Below, in pieces: positions 63,023 through 64,000 of a DNA stretch of 64,000 nt. The position numbers were made by a program, and so were the translations under genes. The stretch covers positions 1 to 64,000 of IMG/VR virus record IMGVR_UViG_3300035670_000048. One strand, given 5' to 3'. Numbering within the stretch: position 1 is the stretch's first letter; each line of letters starts with the position of its first letter. A model generated the notes under the pieces. That model saw nothing but the letters and a program-made list of their open reading frames with translations, was not told where the DNA came from and did no database searches. This DNA comes from a virus (Duplodnaviria; Heunggongvirae; Uroviricota; Caudoviricetes).

Positions 63023-64000
63023 ACATATTCATGTCTAATGGTTGTTCTGACTTTTTATCTTCTGGTTTGTTGTACACGATTGATTCTGTAATTAATACTG
63101 TACCTGCAACCGATACTGCATTTTCTAATGCTAAACGAGTAACTTTAGTAGGATCAATAATACCATCTTCAACTAAGTTAGTAATGCATTTACTCTTTAA
63201 GTTATAGCCTTGATCCGAACTTACTTGATTGATACGAGTTACTAATCCGTATGTTTCTAATGCTTCATATCCTGCATTCGATAGAATCTTATTGAATGGA
63301 GCAACGCAAGCATTATAAACGATCTGACGTCCTAAATCTAAATCAACGTTTGCATATTTTTCTTTAGCTAATACTTCACGAGCATGTACTAATGCAACTC
63401 CACCACCAGGTAAGATACCTTCTTGTAATGCTGCTTTAGTTGCGTGTAATGCATCATCTACACGGTCCTTTTTCTCTCTCATTTCCACTTCTGTGGGAGC
63501 GCCGATATTGATGATTGCAACACCACCTGATAGCTTACCTAAACGTTCTTGTAATTTTTCACGTTCGAACATTGACTTAGCATTGTCGATTTGGTTTTTC
63601 AAATCATCGATACGTTGTTCGATTTCTTCAACTTTACCTTGTCCATCAACAATTGTTGTTGTTTCTTTAGCTACTGTAACTAAACGCGCTTCGCCTAACC
63701 AATCGGAATTAAATTTATCCAATTTCATACCTTTTTCTGGCGATACTACTTGTCCACCTGTTACTGTGGCAATATCTTCTAAGATATGTAAACGACGATC
63801 TCCAAAATCAGGTGCTTTAACAGCTGCTGCTCTTAGAATACCACGCATCTTATTTACCAATAAAGTAGATAATGCTTCTCCGTCGATATCTTCTGCAATG
63901 ATTAACAATTCGCTATTTGACTGTGATAATGAATTTAATAATGGTAGTAAGTCTTTAACTTGAGTTAATTTACCATTATACAATAAAATCTTAGGCTTAT
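63015..64000 (-). CDS. groL: GroEL-type chaperonin (Cpn60). Partial: the C-terminal ~328 aa lie in the window and the N-terminus is beyond the window end.
   Basis: AAVKAPDFGDRRLHILEDIATVTGGQVVSPEKGM ... REKLQERLGKLSGGVAIINIGAPTEVEMREKKDRVDDALHATKAALQEGILPGGGVAL matches the E. coli GroEL apical/equatorial region almost residue for residue. The reading frame stays open upstream to position 64000. The track's 'M' at 63983 is a TTG. Confidence 0.85.
   Translation of the reverse strand, partial: KPKILLYNGKLTQVKDLLPLLNSLSQSNSELLIIAEDIDGEALSTLLVNKMRGILRAAAVKAPDFGDRRLHILEDIATVTGGQVVSPEKGMKLDKFNSDWLGEARLVTVAKETTTIVDGQGKVEEIEQRIDDLKNQIDNAKSMFEREKLQERLGKLSGGVAIINIGAPTEVEMREKKDRVDDALHATKAALQEGILPGGGVALVHAREVLAKEKYANVDLDLGRQIVYNACVAPFNKILSNAGYEALETYGLVTRINQVSSDQGYNLKSKCITNLVEDGIIDPTKVTRLALENAVSVAGTVLITESIVYNKPEDKKSEQPLDMNMYE

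Overview
This window is an AT-rich (~30% GC) stretch of a large tailed dsDNA phage. Essentially every gene is on the minus strand, and there is no integrase or prophage junction.

Layout, reading along the minus strand from high to low coordinates:
- 63015..64000: a partial GroEL-type chaperonin that runs off the window end.
- 62231..62585: tRNA-Met(CAT) plus an unusual tRNA-like/ncRNA region.
- 58937..61646: a replication block with a T4 gp44-like clamp-loader AAA+ subunit and a RecB/Cas4-like nuclease.
- 47299..58679: an 11.4 kb sugar/glycan biosynthesis island. It encodes GT2 and GT4/GT-B glycosyltransferases, an FkbM methyltransferase, a DegT/RfbH-like PLP enzyme and an RmlD-like reductase.
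- 19400..47270: a long early-gene region of about 70 small genes, many of them membrane proteins, lipoproteins or zinc ribbons. Most are preceded by a conserved promoter motif of about 29 nt in two sub-classes.
- 30689..43310 within that region: an HGPRT, MurG-like, LpxH-like and PPP-phosphatase set, a GH24 lysozyme and an SPFH protein, plus a split RNA-repair-like gene set. That set is an Rnl2/Rnl5-like RNA ligase, a P-loop kinase, an AAA ATPase and a calcineurin-type metallophosphoesterase.
- 21106..21197, 27400..27523 and 40431..40832: three loci of tRNA-like genes. They have canonical acceptor and T-arms but 20-75 nt of extra internal sequence.
- 18984..19349: an AT-hook (GRP-repeat) DNA-binding protein.
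- 18560..18700: a GC-rich structured non-coding island.
- 17430..17535 and 21428..21895: palindrome and iteron clusters.
- 1..16156: a late/structural module. It holds a gp55-like late sigma candidate, a baseplate hub-like protein, gp25/GPW and gp6/J-like baseplate proteins, and tail-fibre genes with Pro-Thr repeats. The fibre genes contain a perfect 113-nt internal direct repeat.

The promoter boxes look like the Bacteroidetes -7 element TAnnTTTG. I read that as a Bacteroidetes (Flavobacteriia-like) host; that is an inference.

The two most unusual features are the tRNA-like gene family with large internal insertions lying near the RNA-repair enzymes, and the phage-borne glycan-synthesis island.
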